Shown here: in pieces, positions 15,304-24,939 of the stretch
Position numbering within the stretch: position 1 is the first letter of the stretch
How the letters are laid out: each line of letters starts with the position of its first letter
Assembly (NCBI RefSeq): GCF_049243625.1
Contig: NZ_CP046975.1
DNA length: 32,000 nucleotides
Reading direction: 5' to 3' (one strand)
From: Corynebacterium amycolatum
GTDB lineage: Bacteria > Actinomycetota > Actinomycetes > Mycobacteriales > Mycobacteriaceae
Made by a program: the position numbers and the translations under genes
Notes under the pieces: model-generated
Seen by the model: only the letters and a program-made list of their open reading frames with translations
The model's database searches: none
What the model was told of the DNA's origin: nothing

Positions 15304-16131
15304 TACGCCGTTTGACTCCTGGCTCATCACACCATCTGCCCACTGCGCCACCGATGACGTCGTGGTGTAGAGATAGTAACCCGACTCCTCCGGGGCGACG
15401 CTGCCATCAAAAGCCACTGCACCCGAGAACACCGCAGCCAGCTGGCCGTCGATAAAGAGCGGTCCGCCCGAATCGCCCACCTGCAACGCCGCGGGGCGCT
15501 CCATGTGCGCCAACACTGAGTCTTCCCGCACGCACTGTTGATACTTCACCGGGCACATCGACGCGGTGACGGTCGCCATCGGCAGCGAGCCATCCGCAAC
15601 ATCGCCGAGCAGCGATCGCCCATAGACCGTGCCTGCCGTTTCTTGCTCTGAAAACGCTTGACGACGTTCCATTGCGGGATACTCCGGAAGAGCTGCATCG
15701 CCCGCTAGGTGAATAAGCGCTACGTCACCGGTGGGCGCAATCTCCCAGCGATCAATCGGTACACGCCGGGCATCCGGGCCGAAACCGACCTCGACTTCCC
15801 CAACCTGTACCTGGACATCACGGACGCAGTGAGCTGCGGTCATTACCCACTGCGGGGCGATTGCAGTTCCCGTGCAAAAGTTTCCGGTATGGGGACTGGT
15901 CCGGACCATGACCGACACCACGGAGTCCGCCGCCACACTAGGCGCAGCAGCCTCCCCGCCGACCAGCGCAGCCGCACTCGGCGCGCCGGTGAGCAATAGA
16001 CCTGCCGTGACAGCAGCTGCTGCCACAGTCGCCGCAGGCTTCGCACTGCTCACAGCGCGCACTCCGACACGCTGCTCTCGTGCCTCTGCGCTATTCAGCC
16101 TGTTGTCGCGGTGACGCAAGATGCCAATCAT
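15280..16131 (-). CDS. Secreted S1-family (trypsin/chymotrypsin-like) serine protease
   Basis: The 283-aa ORF has an Ala-rich signal-like N-terminus ending ...PSAAALVGGE. The catalytic triad contexts are TAAHC (His), GDVALIHL (Asp) and GDSGGPLF (Ser). Confidence 0.88.
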   Translation of the reverse strand: MIGILRHRDNRLNSAEAREQRVGVRAVSSAKPAATVAAAAVTAGLLLTGAPSAAALVGGEAAAPSVAADSVVSVMVRTSPHTGNFCTGTAIAPQWVMTAAHCVRDVQVQVGEVEVGFGPDARRVPIDRWEIAPTGDVALIHLAGDAALPEYPAMERRQAFSEQETAGTVYGRSLLGDVADGSLPMATVTASMCPVKYQQCVREDSVLAHMERPAALQVGDSGGPLFIDGQLAAVFSGAVAFDGSVAPEESGYYLYTTTSSVAQWADGVMSQESNGVVEWSGVE

Positions 16132-16158
16132 GGGTATCTCTGCCTGGGGCTTCCCCTT

Positions 16159-18651
16159 TTAGCCGCGCAGCTGAGCGCCGTGACGGGTAGTGGCCAGCTC
16201 AATGGCCGCCTCGCGAGCTGCGGAAGCTTCCTCTTCCTTCAGCGTACGGTCCGGTGCGCGGAAACGCAGGGAGTACGCCAGTGAGCGAACGCCTTCGCCC
16301 ATCTGCTCGGAACGGTAAACATCGAAGACACGGATGGATTCGAGGAGCTCACCGGCGCCTTCCACCAGAGTCTTCTCCACCTCTGCGGCAGAGACCTCAT
16401 CGCTGACAACAAGCGCGACGTCCTGGTGGACGGCTGGGAACGGGCTGAGTACCGGCGCCGGCAGGTGCTCCGTCACTGGCAGTGCATCGAGATTGATCTC
16501 CATAGCGCAGGTGCGCTCCGGCAGACCAGCATCCTTGCACACCTTCGGGTACAGCTCACCGGCGTGGCCGACGACGTGACCGTCGACAAGCAGCTCAGCG
16601 CAGCGGCCCGGGTGCCACGGCAGCACCTCGGCGTTACGGATCTCCAGCTCGACGTTGGCAGCGCGGGCAACAATGCGCGCGGCTTCGATGGCATCGGCGA
16701 CGGTGTACGCGTCCTCGTCACCCCACGGGCTATCCAGGCGGATACGCCCACAGGCGACAGTGGCGACGTGCAGCGGCTGCTCCGGCAGCGAGTCCAGAAG
16801 CTCAGCGCGCTCGGCCTCGCTCGGCAAGCCAGCAGTCGACGGCATCGGCGAGACACCGTTACCGCGCTCGATGGATACCTGCTCCACACCATAGAGCGAC
16901 AGGTCGACTTGGCCGCGAGCAACATTGCGCTTCAGCGACTCCAGCATGGACGGCAGCAGAGTCGTGCCCAGCTGAGCGTGGTCGGACTCCAACGGGTTGA
17001 TGACCTTGACGGTGTTACGACGCGGGTCATCAGCGTCCAGGCCCCAGACGTCGAATACATCGTTGGCAATGAACGGTGTCGGCAGAATCTCCAGGTAGCC
17101 ATTGTGGGCCAACGCGTGACCGACGAAGCGGCGGCGCAGCTGACGCTCGGTCAGACCGCGGCCGGCCGGAGCGATTGGAAGGATAACCGGAATGTCTTCC
17201 AGACCCTCCAGTCGCAGGATTTCCTCAACCAGGTCAGCGGACATGGTCAGGTCCGAGCGCCAGGTTGGCGGAGTGACAGCCAGGCGGTCACCGTTGTCAA
17301 CGACCTCGCAACCGACCTCGCGCAGGCGACCAATGACGGTTTCACGCGGGTAATCAACGCCCGCAACTTCGCTGGCGCGGTTGACGGCAAAGTCAATAGT
17401 CGGCATGGTGGCAACCTCGCCGAGCAGGGTGCGACCAGTGTCGATAGTGCCGCCGGCGATGTCAGCGAGCAGCTGGCAGGCCAAGTCCAGAGCCGGCTCG
17501 ACAAGGGCGGTGTCCACGCCGCGCTCGAAACGTCGTGAAGCCTCGGAGCTCAGCTTGTGGCGGCGACCGCTGCGGAAGACGTGCAGCGGCGACCAGTTGG
17601 CGGCCTCGAAGACCACATCGGTGGTGTCGTCGGCAATCTCGGAGGTAAGTCCGCCCATGATGCCGGCCAGTGACTGAATACCGTTGTCGTCGCAGATGAC
17701 GACGTCCGCCGGGTCGAGCTTGCGGTCCACGTGGTCGAGAGTCGTCAGAGTCTCGCCGGCCTTAGCGTTGCGGATGTGCAGGCCACCAGCGATCTTGGAG
17801 CCATCGAAGGCGTGCATCGGCTGACCGAGCAGCAGCATCACGTAGTTGGTGACGTCCGTGGCCACGTTGACCGGACGCTGACCAGCCAGCAGCAGACGGC
17901 GGCGCATCCACCATGGGGTCTCGGCGTTCGGATTGATGCCGGTGACGCGGCGCAGACCAAAGCGGCGGGTGTCGGTGTCCTCGTCGATGGTGACGTTCAG
18001 GATCTCACCATCGACCGGTAGCTCCTTGACCTTGGCTGGATCGGCGAAGTCGAGGTTGAATGCGGAGCAGATCTCGCGGCCAAGACCGCGGGCCGACAGC
18101 GCATAACCGCGGTCCGGAGTGATGTTGACCTCGAACTTTTCATCATCGAGCCCAATGAACTCCTTGGCGCACGAACCCAGCTCAGCCGGGGCCGACGGGA
18201 GCGTGAGAATACCGGCGGAGGAATCGGTCATGCCCAGCTCAGCTTCGGAGCAGAGCATGCCGTTGGAAACCTTGCCGTAGGTCTTCCGTGCGGAAATCTC
18301 GAAACCGCCCGGCAGCACGCAGCCCGGCAGTGCGACGACGACAATCGAGCCCTCTTCGAAGTTGCGGGCACCACAGATAATCTCCTGCAGTTCGCCGGTG
18401 CCATTGGCATCGCCGACGTTGACCTGACAGAAGCGAATTGGCTTCTTGAAGCCCTCGAGCTCCTCAATGTGGTCGACACGACCGAAAACCAGCGGACCCT
18501 CGATCTTCTCCAGCGGCTCGTGCCCCTCGGTTTCAAAACCAACGCGGACAAAGCCCTCATCCAGCTCGTCCGGGGTGACGGACCAGTCCGGGTTGATGGT
18601 GTTCTCTGGGCCGCGAGCGATTTCAGTGACCCACGACTGTGGAACGAACAT
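16159..18651 (-). CDS. pheT: Phenylalanine--tRNA ligase beta subunit
   Basis: The 830-aa ORF lies immediately downstream of pheS. It has an N-terminal tRNA-binding domain, B3/4 and B5 regions and a C-terminal FDX-ACB-like end. Confidence 0.95.
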   Translation of the reverse strand: MFVPQSWVTEIARGPENTINPDWSVTPDELDEGFVRVGFETEGHEPLEKIEGPLVFGRVDHIEELEGFKKPIRFCQVNVGDANGTGELQEIICGARNFEEGSIVVVALPGCVLPGGFEISARKTYGKVSNGMLCSEAELGMTDSSAGILTLPSAPAELGSCAKEFIGLDDEKFEVNITPDRGYALSARGLGREICSAFNLDFADPAKVKELPVDGEILNVTIDEDTDTRRFGLRRVTGINPNAETPWWMRRRLLLAGQRPVNVATDVTNYVMLLLGQPMHAFDGSKIAGGLHIRNAKAGETLTTLDHVDRKLDPADVVICDDNGIQSLAGIMGGLTSEIADDTTDVVFEAANWSPLHVFRSGRRHKLSSEASRRFERGVDTALVEPALDLACQLLADIAGGTIDTGRTLLGEVATMPTIDFAVNRASEVAGVDYPRETVIGRLREVGCEVVDNGDRLAVTPPTWRSDLTMSADLVEEILRLEGLEDIPVILPIAPAGRGLTERQLRRRFVGHALAHNGYLEILPTPFIANDVFDVWGLDADDPRRNTVKVINPLESDHAQLGTTLLPSMLESLKRNVARGQVDLSLYGVEQVSIERGNGVSPMPSTAGLPSEAERAELLDSLPEQPLHVATVACGRIRLDSPWGDEDAYTVADAIEAARIVARAANVELEIRNAEVLPWHPGRCAELLVDGHVVGHAGELYPKVCKDAGLPERTCAMEINLDALPVTEHLPAPVLSPFPAVHQDVALVVSDEVSAAEVEKTLVEGAGELLESIRVFDVYRSEQMGEGVRSLAYSLRFRAPDRTLKEEEASAAREAAIELATTRHGAQLRG

Positions 18652-18683
18652 GTAAGTAAAACTCCTATCTGTAGGTCAGTGAA

Positions 18684-19736
<1,053 letters not shown>

Positions 19737-19831
19737 TCAACCACTTCTATATAGGACTATCAGTTCTTGTGATGGAACAATCATAGTCGAGGATAACTGC
19801 ACACGTGCACGCACCTCACCATCGAGGTTTC

Positions 19832-20662
19832 CTAGTTACCCCGAACTGTCTCCCACAGGCACATAGCCGCTGCGGTGGCGAGGTTCAACGACTCTGCCTC
19901 GCCCTTAATCGGGATGGCCACACTCGCCCCCGCCGAGGCCGTAATCTCCTCCGACAGGCCATGTGCTTCGTTGCCGAAAAGCCAGGCGACGGGACCGTCG
20001 GGAAGCGCATCAACACCGAGCGTGAGAGCGCCATCCATCGCCGTAGCGAGGGTGGTAAAACCCGCTTCCCTGACTCTCTCCACAACGACATCGATATCGC
20101 GCTCGCGTGCGACCGGTGTATGGAAAACAGACCCCGCAGAGGAACGCACGGCCTTCGAGTTCAAAGGGTCAACCGAATCGCCAGCAAGGATCACCGCACC
20201 AGCACCGAGGGCATCAGTCATGCGCACAATCGTGCCAACATTGCCCGGGTCATTGCACTCCACCGGAATCACCAGACAACCGGACTGCTTTCCAACCTCA
20301 ATGGCCTCCTCCAACGAAGTGGACACCGCACCTATGTCGCAGACGGCGAAAAGCCCGGTAGTGGTGACGGTTTCGCTTAATGAGCGGGCGGCGGAGTCGT
20401 CGATAAGCGAAACAGACTTGCGCTGCGTCCCAGGTTCGAGATACCCCGTGAGCAGCTCGCAGAACTGCTCGGCGGCGGCTACCGTGACGAAGATTTCCAC
20501 GACGGCCTCTGCGCGGATAGCCGCATCGACGGAATTGAAGCCCTCGACGAGGAAGCGCCCAGCCTTCTTCCGCTTGGCCGCACGGTGGAGCTGAATAGCC
20601 GCCGAGACGCGCGGAGTGCGAGGAGTAAACGGCTCGTCGTTGAAGTACAGCGCAGAGTTCAT
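19832..20662 (-). CDS. TrmH/SpoU-family RNA 2'-O-methyltransferase
   Basis: SPOUT motifs are present: NPGNVGTIVRMTDALGAG, LFGNEAHGLS and IPIKGEAESLNLATAAAMCLWE. The ORF-track start (GTG at 20725) lies inside the rplT terminator stem, so I place the start at ATG 20662 (MNSALYF..., 276 aa), which has an AGGA 9 nt upstream. Confidence 0.85.
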   Translation of the reverse strand: MNSALYFNDEPFTPRTPRVSAAIQLHRAAKRKKAGRFLVEGFNSVDAAIRAEAVVEIFVTVAAAEQFCELLTGYLEPGTQRKSVSLIDDSAARSLSETVTTTGLFAVCDIGAVSTSLEEAIEVGKQSGCLVIPVECNDPGNVGTIVRMTDALGAGAVILAGDSVDPLNSKAVRSSAGSVFHTPVARERDIDVVVERVREAGFTTLATAMDGALTLGVDALPDGPVAWLFGNEAHGLSEEITASAGASVAIPIKGEAESLNLATAAAMCLWETVRGN

Positions 20663-20715
20663 AGTGATTAATCCTAGTGATGCGGCTCGGGATTCATAAC
20701 TGCCAGCGCGGATAC

Positions 20716-20765
20716 GAAAAACCACCGCCGAGGTTATTCGTTAACCCAATCGACGGTGGTTTTTC
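20716..20765 (-). terminator. Intrinsic terminator of the infC-rpmI-rplT operon (symmetrical, potentially bidirectional)
   Basis: The 12-nt arms are perfect: gaaaaaccaccg (20716-20727) and cggtggtttttc (20754-20765). On either strand this gives an A-tract, a GC-rich stem and a U-tract. It lies 75 nt downstream of the rplT stop. Confidence 0.75.
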
Positions 20766-20839
20766 AAAGATGTTGGCAAGACCGCACTGCCAGTCGCAGG
20801 TGCTTGCCGACGCTACGTACGAGTTACCTCGTAGCTGCT

Positions 20840-21223
20840 TTACTTAGCAGCAGGAGCGTTGACGTCCTCCGGCAGAGCGTCCTTAGCGACCTTGACCAGA
20901 GCAGCGAATGCCTGTGGGTCGTTGACAGCCAGCTCAGCCAGGTTCTTACGGTCAACCTCAACGCCAGCCAGGTTCAGGCCCTGGACGAAGCGGTTGTAGG
21001 TGATGTCGTTAGCGCGGGCAGCAGCGTTGATGCGCTGAATCCACAGACGACGGAACTGACCCTTACGGTGGCGGCGATCGCGGAACTCGTAAGTCTTGGA
21101 GTGGAGCATCTGCTCCTTGGCCTTGCGGTACAGGCGAGAGCGCTGACCACGGTAGCCCTTTGCGGAATCGAGAACTTCGCGACGCTTCTTCTTAGCGTTA
21201 ACAGACCGCTTCACACGTGCCAC
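20840..21223 (-). CDS. rplT: 50S ribosomal protein L20
   Basis: The 127-aa ORF begins [18 protein letters not shown]... It starts with GTG and has an AAGGAAG SD 7 nt upstream. Confidence 0.97.
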   Translation of the reverse strand: MARVKRSVNAKKKRREVLDSAKGYRGQRSRLYRKAKEQMLHSKTYEFRDRRHRKGQFRRLWIQRINAAARANDITYNRFVQGLNLAGVEVDRKNLAELAVNDPQAFAALVKVAKDALPEDVNAPAAK

Positions 21224-21300
21224 GGTGATACTTCCTTTTCGTTGTCTTTAAGAACTAGTGAAATTAAGAGGGCGATTGCCCTGGGACGAGACTTGAAAAA

Positions 21301-21495
21301 TTAAGCCTTGCCCAGCAGACGCTTGACGCGCTTGACGTCCGACTTAGCAACGTCCGTGGTGCCCTTCAGGCGACGGGTACGAGTGGACGGCTTGCCCTCC
21401 AGGAGGTGGCGGCGGTTAGCCTGCTCGCGGCGCAGCTTGCCGGAACCGGTAACCTTGATGCGCTTTGCGGTGCCCTTGTGGGTCTTCTGCTTCAT
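21301..21495 (-). CDS. rpmI: 50S ribosomal protein L35
   Basis: The 64-aa product is [35 protein letters not shown]... The ATG at 21495 has a GGGGAGAG SD 7 nt upstream. The 78-aa ORF-track version is an N-terminal over-extension. Confidence 0.95.
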   Translation of the reverse strand: MKQKTHKGTAKRIKVTGSGKLRREQANRRHLLEGKPSTRTRRLKGTTDVAKSDVKRVKRLLGKA

Positions 21496-21571
21496 GTTAA
21501 AACTCTCCCCTACCGATCTTTGACGCTCATGGCGCAAAGATCTCGTTTACAACCATTTCTGGTCAGGTCGG

Positions 21572-22096
21572 TTACTTCTTACCCTTATTCCGAACCGGCC
21601 CCAGGACCATAGTCATGTTGCGACCGTCCTGCTTCGGGCGAGACTCGACGGTGCCGTACTCTTCGACATCGGCGGCCAGACGCTCCAACAGGCGGAATCC
21701 CAGTTCTGGACGAGACTGTTCACGGCCACGGAACATAATCGTGACCTTGACCTTCGAACCCTTCTCCAAGAAACGAACAACGTTGTTCTTCTTGGTGTCG
21801 TAGTCGTGGTCATCAATCTTCGGACGGAACTTCTGCTCCTTGACCACAGTCTGCTGCTGGTTCTTTCGAGCCTCGCGTGCCTTCTGGGCTTGTTCGTACT
21901 TGAACTTGCCGTAGTCCATAATCTTGGCGACCGGCGGCTTTGCTCGCGGAGCAACCTCAACCAGGTCAAGGTCTGCTTCGTAAGCGAGCTTGAGTGCGTC
22001 ACCGGTGCGGACAACGCCCACCTGCTCACCATTCGGTCCTACAAGGCGGACTTCCGGTACTCGAATATCCTCGTTAATACGAGCTTCAGCGCTGAT
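21572..22096 (-). CDS. infC: Translation initiation factor IF-3 (probable non-canonical ATC start)
   Basis: Conserved IF-3 sequence begins at [25 protein letters not shown]. An AGGAGG (22106..22101) is followed by 4 nt and then ATC (22096..22094). The ORF-track start (22135) adds 13 unconserved residues and has no SD. Confidence 0.9.
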   Translation of the reverse strand: MSAEARINEDIRVPEVRLVGPNGEQVGVVRTGDALKLAYEADLDLVEVAPRAKPPVAKIMDYGKFKYEQAQKAREARKNQQQTVVKEQKFRPKIDDHDYDTKKNNVVRFLEKGSKVKVTIMFRGREQSRPELGFRLLERLAADVEEYGTVESRPKQDGRNMTMVLGPVRNKGKK

Positions 22097-22487
22097 GTGG
22101 CCTCCTAGGTTGAACCTGAACAATCTTCGTTTCAAACCGCGATAGCAAGCGGGAAAGGAAGAAAAGCCACGCGTCTACAGCGGATTACTACACACTGTAT
22201 AAGGACGCCTTCCAATCGTGCGATGTGACATCACCGATTAGGGTGGACCCCGGCGCTACCGTAATTCTTTGGCGCACCTAGGGTGGGACTTAAATCCTCT
22301 TCGCTGCCGAATGCAACTAAATGCTCCCCGAAGGCAGCAAGAAGCATCACATTCTGGCGGTCGTACACGAGATGCTAACACAAGCGTTCTCGCATACCAA
22401 AACCGACTCTTACGCCAGGTTATTCGCCATCAGCTCCCCCGGCGCACTACCGAGCGTTAAAAAGTGCAATCGGAATTGTAATCAGAT

Positions 22488-22496
22488 TGGTAGATT
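22488..22496 (+). promoter_or_regulatory. Candidate extended -10 promoter (TGgTAGATT) for the DUF2339-like gene
   Basis: TGGTAGATT lies at 22488-22496, about 43 nt upstream of the ATG at 22539. It is the same TGGTAGAWT form as the argC candidate -10. There is no clear -35. Confidence 0.35.
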
Positions 22497-22538
22497 CTCT
22501 CCATAGTTTTTAGGTCAAACACGATTAAAGTCGTCACC

Positions 22539-24938
22539 ATGAATACTGGCTCCAACGGCTTTGGCCCTAAAGCCGAGAACACCAACCCTAATCAGCATTC
22601 CGCCCGATACGACAAGCCCCCGACCAGAGATTTTGTCCTGACCGGCGACTCCGTCTCAGAGCTTTCCCATGCTCTGGCAGATTTGGAGGCCAGCTCGCTT
22701 CGGCTGGCTCAACTCACCCGAACTTGGCAGGTGCGCCTTTCGCAGGCAAGCGGGCAAGCGCCGACTGTACCGAGCGCGCCTCAAACTACGGGAACGGAAT
22801 TTGCGCCGGTACCTCAAGCGGTACCTAAATCGGCGCCTGAGCGGACACCTCAAGCGCCGCCCCATGCTGCGCCCCAAGGGGCACATCAACACAATCCGCA
22901 GCCACCGCCAACACAAGCGGACTGGCGGAATCAACCAGCTCCCCTGCCACAGAGCGACGCAGGTGCGCAGCCGATGTTCGGCTTCCCCTCTGCCCACCAG
23001 TGGCGGCGGGATTCGAAGTCGCCGCAGTCTTCTCCCTCACCGCAGTCTTCCCTAACCGGCTCCGCCCCGCCGCCGAAACTGCCAGAGGCACCGCGTGAAC
23101 CTCGCGAGCCCCGCGAACCCTGGTGGCGCAACGAGAAGGCAATCATCAGAATCATTGCAATCTTTGGCGGTCTCATCACCGCTGCCGGTATCGCGTTCTT
23201 CGTCGCGGTCGCAATCCAATCCGGCCTGATTGGACCGGCCGGGCGTGTGGTCCTGGCTTACTTGTTGGCCGCCGTGCTCGCGGTCGCGGCTGTGCGAGCG
23301 CACCGTCGTCAAGCACCGCCTGCTGGCGTAACGGCATTGATTGCGACATCGCTAGCCGCTGCACACCTGACAACGATGTCGATGTCCTACCTCCTCGACT
23401 GGATTCCGGTGGCGGCGACGCTGGTCATCATGCTGCCTTTCGCCGCCGTCGGCCTATACGGCGCGCGGTGGACAAAGTCGAGCGCAACCGCCGCGTGGGC
23501 CATCACAATCAACACCGGATTAATGCTGTGGGCGACGATCGGCCTCAACTTCCACGCCCGCCCGCTGAGCTCCTCGCTCGCGCAAATCACCCTTCAACTG
23601 ATGGTTATCGCCGCTACCGTCTGCTTCTTGAACATCCCCTTCCGGAAGTACGTAGTCGCATTCCTGCTCGGCGCAAACGTTCTCATCGGCGCGATCACGA
23701 CCAACAATGCACTGGTGCTGCCTGCAATCGCCGCACTCACCATTGCCCTTTTCGTGTTTGCCCAGTTCGGCCCGCTGGCGTTGGCTCGCCAACTCACTCC
23801 CGAGCTTGACGACGAGCCTTCGGAGACCAGCACTTGGGAAGACGATCTGGTCACCACCACGTCAGTAGTTGCCTTCTCGACTCCGGTTATAGCTGCAGTC
23901 CCAACGGTCAACGCCGCACAGTCCACCTCCAGCCTCTGGTTGCTGTTCTACGGCGGATTCGTGCTGTTCATCGCAATTGCTGCGATATTCCTTTGGAACC
24001 GTGCCATCTTCAGCTATCTCGCCCCAATGGCCTTGGCCACGGCAATTCTGCCCTGGCTTGCACTCGCGGTAGCGGGCCCAGAAGGGGACGCAGGAGCCGG
24101 TACTGGAACCCACGCCTGGGGTCTCATCCCAATCTCCATCGGTGCCGCGCTCTTTGTCTGGGCGCTGGCCACAGCACCGAAGCACAGCGCGCTTGGCACC
24201 CGACTACAAGCTCCTGAGCCAACGCGGGATGCCGTCGCACCCTATACAAAGATTGCGGCGCTGACCTGGCTGCTCGGCGCAACGGTAGTACACCTCTACA
24301 TCCTGCCCGCAGCGTTGAATGCCGGTGCTGCGGCTGACTACTCGGCAACGTGGGCAGAAATGCTTTCGCTGTTGTTCCTGCTGTGCGCCGACGTCGGCCT
24401 GGCCGTGACGGCGGCAAGGTCGCAGCTGCCGCCAGCTTTTGCACTGATTGGCCTGGCTGCGCTGGGTATGCCATTTATCGTGCTGCTCACAACTATTGGC
24501 GTGAGCTTCAACGCTGCACACATGTTGCTGAGTATTTTCTGGGCCACGATAGCTGGCATGCTGGTGCTATCGAAGAGGTTCCACCACATTCCGGCGCGAC
24601 TGGCAGCGGGTTTGACCATTGCGGCGCTGTCTATCGTCAAGCTGATCTTCTACGACATGGCAACACTCGATGGCGTTATCCGCGCCTTGGCGTTCCTCGG
24701 CTGTGGTCTAATTCTGCTAGCCATGGCGGTCTCCGGAGCAAAGCAGAAGAATGCCGAGGAACCAGCGGCATCGGACCGTGACGGCACCGCCAGCGATTCT
24801 GACGCTGCCACCGCTGTCGGCGCTGCCGCTGCCGCCGATGCCAATGCTGCCGATGCCGACCCCGTTGCTGACAGACTGGAAGGCGTCACCCGCACCGACC
24901 GTCCAGGAATTTCCGACGGAAACGAGCCGACTACCTAA
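22539..24938 (+). CDS. Large polytopic membrane protein, DUF2339-like, with Pro/Gln-rich N-terminal region
   Basis: The 799-aa ORF has about 190 aa of N-terminal low-complexity sequence with a short coiled-coil-like segment. This is followed by WWRNEKAIIRIIAIFGGLITAAGIAFFVAVAIQSGLIGPAGRVVLAYLLA and roughly 18-20 further hydrophobic helices, then an Ala/Asp-rich tail. The DUF2339 assignment comes from remembered family features, not from a search. Confidence 0.65.
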   Translation: MNTGSNGFGPKAENTNPNQHSARYDKPPTRDFVLTGDSVSELSHALADLEASSLRLAQLTRTWQVRLSQASGQAPTVPSAPQTTGTEFAPVPQAVPKSAPERTPQAPPHAAPQGAHQHNPQPPPTQADWRNQPAPLPQSDAGAQPMFGFPSAHQWRRDSKSPQSSPSPQSSLTGSAPPPKLPEAPREPREPREPWWRNEKAIIRIIAIFGGLITAAGIAFFVAVAIQSGLIGPAGRVVLAYLLAAVLAVAAVRAHRRQAPPAGVTALIATSLAAAHLTTMSMSYLLDWIPVAATLVIMLPFAAVGLYGARWTKSSATAAWAITINTGLMLWATIGLNFHARPLSSSLAQITLQLMVIAATVCFLNIPFRKYVVAFLLGANVLIGAITTNNALVLPAIAALTIALFVFAQFGPLALARQLTPELDDEPSETSTWEDDLVTTTSVVAFSTPVIAAVPTVNAAQSTSSLWLLFYGGFVLFIAIAAIFLWNRAIFSYLAPMALATAILPWLALAVAGPEGDAGAGTGTHAWGLIPISIGAALFVWALATAPKHSALGTRLQAPEPTRDAVAPYTKIAALTWLLGATVVHLYILPAALNAGAAADYSATWAEMLSLLFLLCADVGLAVTAARSQLPPAFALIGLAALGMPFIVLLTTIGVSFNAAHMLLSIFWATIAGMLVLSKRFHHIPARLAAGLTIAALSIVKLIFYDMATLDGVIRALAFLGCGLILLAMAVSGAKQKNAEEPAASDRDGTASDSDAATAVGAAAAADANAADADPVADRLEGVTRTDRPGISDGNEPTT
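23019..23120 (+). repeat. In-frame short tandem repeats inside the membrane-protein N-terminal region
   Basis: An 18-bp unit occurs twice (23019-23036 and 23037-23054, encoding SPQSS-type repeats, about 14 of 18 identical). A 9-bp unit occurs three times (23094-23120, cgtgaacct/cgcgagccc/cgcgaaccc, encoding REPREPREP). Confidence 0.8.
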
Positions 24939-24939
24939 G

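Noticed and set aside
22269-22460. A 63-aa + strand ORF lies in the infC upstream region.
   Set aside because: It has low GC3 and is Arg-rich. It overlaps the better-looking 22321..22506 frame in another phase, and it has no SD.
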